A stretch of DNA of 64,000 bases, from assembly GCA_012839815.1 (NCBI GenBank), contig DUMQ01000098.1, forward strand, positions 376 through 64,375, written 5' to 3'. Positions 60,647 through 64,000 of the stretch are shown in pieces; position 1 is the first letter of the stretch; every line of letters starts with the position of its first letter. The stretch comes from Bacillota bacterium (lineage in GTDB: Bacteria; Bacillota; SHA-98; Ch115; JABLXJ01). The notes beneath the pieces are model-generated. The model was not told where the DNA came from, ran no database searches, and was given only the letters and a program-made list of their open reading frames with translations. A program made the translations under genes and the position numbers.

Positions 60647-62185
60647 ATGCATTACTTATTGGGGATCGACCTTGGAACATCGAGCGTGCGGGTTATCTTG
60701 ATAGACACGGACGGGAATATCCTGGGACTCGCGGGCGAGGAATATCCTATATTGATTCCGAAACCCGACTATGCCGAGCAGGACCCCGGAGCCTGGTGGG
60801 ATGCGACGAAACGGACCATCAGGCGGGTGCTGGTCAAAGCAGGTATTGACCCGCGGAATATAAAGGGGATCGGGCTATCCGGGCAGATGCACGGTACGGT
60901 ATTCGTTGATGAGGCCGGCTGTCCTCTGCGGCCGGCCATCATCTGGCCCGATAAGAGGAGCGCGCGCGAATGCCAGGAGCTCAATGAAAAGGTGGGCATG
61001 GAGCGGCTCTACCGGATCGCGGGCCTGCCTACGGCGACGGGCTTTATGGCCCCCTCGGTCTTCTGGGTGAAGCATAACGAGCCGGACATCATCAGGGGGG
61101 CTTCGAAGGTCCTCCTACCCAAGGACTACATTCGCTTGAAGCTTACGGGGAAGATGGCCACGGACGTGACCGACGCCACGGGTACGCTTTTCCTGGATAT
61201 AACGAAGAGGGCGTGGTCAGAGGAGGTTATCGAGGCAGTTGGTGTCGCGCCGGATATCCTGCCGGATCTGCTTGAATCGTCCGATATCGCAGGCGAGGTG
61301 ACGCCGCAGGCGGCCGGGGAAACGGGGCTTGCGGCTGGTACCCCTGTTGTCGCGGGAGGCGGGGACCAGGCCATGGGCGCCATCGGTAGCGGGGTCGTGC
61401 GTGATGGCATCGCGGCCTCGACCATCGGGACAGGGGGGCAGCTGATCACGTGCATATCCAGGCCCATTCTCGACCCGAGGCGCAGGGTGCATACCTTGTG
61501 CCACGCCATCCCGGGGAAGTGGATCTTGATGGGCGCGATGCTGGCTGCAGGGCTCTCGCTGCGCTGGTTCAGGGACAACTTCGGCCAGATGGAGAAGCTC
61601 GCGGGCGGCTTCAGCGGCACCGACCCGTACGAGATCCTGTCGAGGGAGGCGGAAAAGGTCCCCGCGGGCTCGGACGGCCTGGTGTTCCTGCCGTATCTGT
61701 CGGGTGAGCGCACGCCCCATATGGACCCCCAGGCGCGCGGCGTCTTCGTTGGGCTCATGCTCCAGCACGGCAGGGGGCACTTGATCCGGGCCATTATGGA
61801 GGGCGTGAGCTTTGCCATGAAGGAGTCGTTTGAGATATTCAAGGAGCTCGGGGTATCCGTCGACACGATGCTCTGCTCGGGTGGAGGGGCAAGGAGCCCG
61901 GTCTGGCGGCAGATCCAGGCTGATATCTATGAGATGCCCGTTACTACGGTCAGCAACGAAGAACACTCATCCTACGGGTGTGCCCTCCTTGCCGGGGTCG
62001 GTGTCGGCATATACCGCGATGTCGACGAGGCGTGCAGGGGGAGGGTGCGGTATACACGACCTGCGGGCCGGGAGGGCGGCGCGGTAAATGCCGAGGTAGC
62101 CGCCAGATACCGGAGGCTATTCGAGGTATATAAATCCCTTTATCCGCGATTAAAGGATGTATTCCCAAAGCTCGCGGACGTGTAA
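60647..62185 (+). CDS. xylB: Xylulokinase (FGGY family)
   Basis: GIDLGTS, SGQMHG, LLPKDY, GGGDQ, PYLSGERTP, GGGARS. Confidence 0.85.
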   Translation: MHYLLGIDLGTSSVRVILIDTDGNILGLAGEEYPILIPKPDYAEQDPGAWWDATKRTIRRVLVKAGIDPRNIKGIGLSGQMHGTVFVDEAGCPLRPAIIWPDKRSARECQELNEKVGMERLYRIAGLPTATGFMAPSVFWVKHNEPDIIRGASKVLLPKDYIRLKLTGKMATDVTDATGTLFLDITKRAWSEEVIEAVGVAPDILPDLLESSDIAGEVTPQAAGETGLAAGTPVVAGGGDQAMGAIGSGVVRDGIAASTIGTGGQLITCISRPILDPRRRVHTLCHAIPGKWILMGAMLAAGLSLRWFRDNFGQMEKLAGGFSGTDPYEILSREAEKVPAGSDGLVFLPYLSGERTPHMDPQARGVFVGLMLQHGRGHLIRAIMEGVSFAMKESFEIFKELGVSVDTMLCSGGGARSPVWRQIQADIYEMPVTTVSNEEHSSYGCALLAGVGVGIYRDVDEACRGRVRYTRPAGREGGAVNAEVAARYRRLFEVYKSLYPRLKDVFPKLADV

Positions 62186-62337
62186 TCGACAGTTCATAAC
62201 GGAGTCACGAGTTTATGACGGAGTCGCGGGGTTATGACGGAGTCGAGCGGGGCAGGCAGGGGATAGGCAGGGGAGAGCGATATGAGCGTGCCATGCGGCA
62301 TGAGGACATCGCGGGGGGCCGTCGGGGGGGGGGTATA

Positions 62338-63975
62338 ATGGAGGTGCTAGTTTCTTTGGACAATTCGAATAATCTGAATCCAGATGCCCTGGATAGTGGA
62401 TACATACTCGCCCACGACCTGGGGACCTCGGGCAATAAGGCATCATTGTATGACGCGTCTGGAAAACTTGTCGCCTCGTCATTTTATGGTTATGAGCCGG
62501 TCTACCTTAGTGTTACGTGGGTCGAGGAGGACCCGGGGGATTGGTGGGAGGCTGTATGCAGTTCTACGCGAGCCCTGCTGCGCGACTCGGGGATCCCGCC
62601 GAGCGCTATAGCTTGTATTACATTTAGCGGCCAGATGATGGGGTGCCTCCCGGTGGACGCGGGGGCGAGGCCATTGAGAAGGGCTATAATCTGGGCTGAT
62701 CATCGGGCAACTGAGCAGGCGATGAGGCTCGAGGATTCCCTGGGAGGGATCGAGGCTATTTACGGCCTGACGGGGCACAGGGTAAACGCGGGCTATTCCA
62801 TTCCCAAGATCATGTGGATACGAGATAATGAGCCTGACATTTACGCCAGAGCGCGTAAGTTCCTCAATGCCAAGGACTTTATCGTCGCGAAGCTGACTGG
62901 CAGGTTTGCGACAGATTACTCTGATGCATCCGGTATGGGGGCTCTTGACCTCAGGACCAGGAGCTGGTCTGTGCAGGTCCTTGATGCGGCTCATATTGAC
63001 GTTGACAAGCTGCCTGATCTCCATGCTTCCAGGGATGTCGTTGGCGAGGTCACGGCGGGTGCGGCGGAGGAGACGGGGCTTGCGCCGGGGACCCCGGTTG
63101 TGATCGGGGGAGGCGACGGCGTGTGTGCAACGGCCGGTGCGGGTGTGGTCCGCGAAGGGGAAGGCTATATCTGCATTGGTTCCTCCTCATGGGCTGCTCT
63201 CGCAACTGGTGAGCCGATACTGGATGCCAGGATGCGGACCTTCACCTTTGTCCACCTGGACGATAGGATGTATTCACCCTGCGGCCCTATGCAGGCGGGC
63301 GGTGGGTCATATAATTGGGCCCGGCACGTCCTGTCGCCTGTGGAGAGCATTGTTGCGGCGGATCTGGGGTTGAGCCCTTATGAGGTTATGAATGAGGAGG
63401 CCAGGACCGTGCCGGCCGGTGCGGAGAGGTTGGTCTACCTGCCGCACCTGATGGGCGAGCGCAGCCCCTATTGGAATCCGCAAGCCCGCGGGGCTTTTGT
63501 AGGGTTGACCTCAAAACATGGGCGACCTCATATGATAAGGGCTATTCTGGAGGGCGTTGCATTTCACTTGCGAATGATCATGGATGCCTTCGAGGAATAT
63601 ACCCACGTAGACAGGGTGCGCGTGATCGGCGGTGGGGCGAGGAGTGAACTCTGGCGGCAGATCATGGCGGATGTTCTTAGGAAGCCGGTGTTGCGGCCAA
63701 GGTTCCTGGAGGAGGCCACCTCCCTGGGGGCGGCCATCGCCGGGGGCGTCGGGGTTGGGATTTTCAAGGATTTCAGTGTAGCCGAAGATTTAGTGGAGAT
63801 AGTTGATATTCAGGAACCAAATCCTGATAATGCAGAAATTTACGACGGCCTCTACAGGGTATTCAAGGATACATACAGGGCTCTGGAGCCGATTTACCGG
63901 GAGTTGGCGGAGCTTCCCGGGACTTATTCCCAAGTCCCACCACATCCTTCACCTCTTCCCGGTTTTTGCACATAG
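62338..63975 (+). CDS. Second FGGY-family (xylulokinase-like) kinase
   Basis: AHDLGTSGNK, FSGQM, NAKD, GGGDG, GERSP, GGGARS. Confidence 0.88.
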   Translation: MEVLVSLDNSNNLNPDALDSGYILAHDLGTSGNKASLYDASGKLVASSFYGYEPVYLSVTWVEEDPGDWWEAVCSSTRALLRDSGIPPSAIACITFSGQMMGCLPVDAGARPLRRAIIWADHRATEQAMRLEDSLGGIEAIYGLTGHRVNAGYSIPKIMWIRDNEPDIYARARKFLNAKDFIVAKLTGRFATDYSDASGMGALDLRTRSWSVQVLDAAHIDVDKLPDLHASRDVVGEVTAGAAEETGLAPGTPVVIGGGDGVCATAGAGVVREGEGYICIGSSSWAALATGEPILDARMRTFTFVHLDDRMYSPCGPMQAGGGSYNWARHVLSPVESIVAADLGLSPYEVMNEEARTVPAGAERLVYLPHLMGERSPYWNPQARGAFVGLTSKHGRPHMIRAILEGVAFHLRMIMDAFEEYTHVDRVRVIGGGARSELWRQIMADVLRKPVLRPRFLEEATSLGAAIAGGVGVGIFKDFSVAEDLVEIVDIQEPNPDNAEIYDGLYRVFKDTYRALEPIYRELAELPGTYSQVPPHPSPLPGFCT

Positions 63976-64000
63976 CGATGCGAAGGATGCACGGGAAGCG

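Noticed and set aside
1-64000. tRNA, rRNA, prophage or integrase genes
   Set aside because: None recognised by eye; tRNAscan/Infernal would be needed to exclude them formally.

Overview
GC-rich chromosomal window with essentially all genes on the + strand. It most likely comes from a diderm (outer-membrane-bearing) Firmicute such as a Limnochordia-like lineage. This is inferred from lipid A/Lpt genes and SLH-porins occurring together with comFA/comFC, recD2 and SigH-like promoters. The first ~40 kb is an outer-membrane biogenesis cluster: an MNT-HEPN pair; lptD-lptC-lptA; an unusual 900-aa permease plus ABC ATPase; lpxC-fabZ-lpxA-lpxI-lpxB; two further LpxB-fold glycosyltransferases; msbA; an NDP-sugar pyrophosphorylase; a second lptC/lptA; lptB-lptF/G-DUF3084; a giant OmpM/SlpA-like protein; a YqgF-like nuclease; a second SLH-barrel protein; a second lptD; galE, glycosyltransferases and waaL. 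It is followed by metK, a c-di-GMP-I riboswitch, a hybrid two-component system, recD2-comFA-(IS200/IS605 remnant)-comFC, a UroD-family protein and a partly decayed LacI/ABC/GH31/xylulokinase sugar locus. The most striking unexplained signal is a non-coding array at 29131-29613: 15 palindromic 17-bp sites (TGGHAA-N5-TTDCCA) with unique spacers, phased at 3 or 4 helical turns. Other highlights are the trans-envelope-like ABC pair, an apparently Kdo/LpxK-free triple-LpxB set, duplicated Lpt parts, several internal gene deletions and pervasive tandem micro-duplications. All functional calls come from reading motifs by eye; no database search was run.
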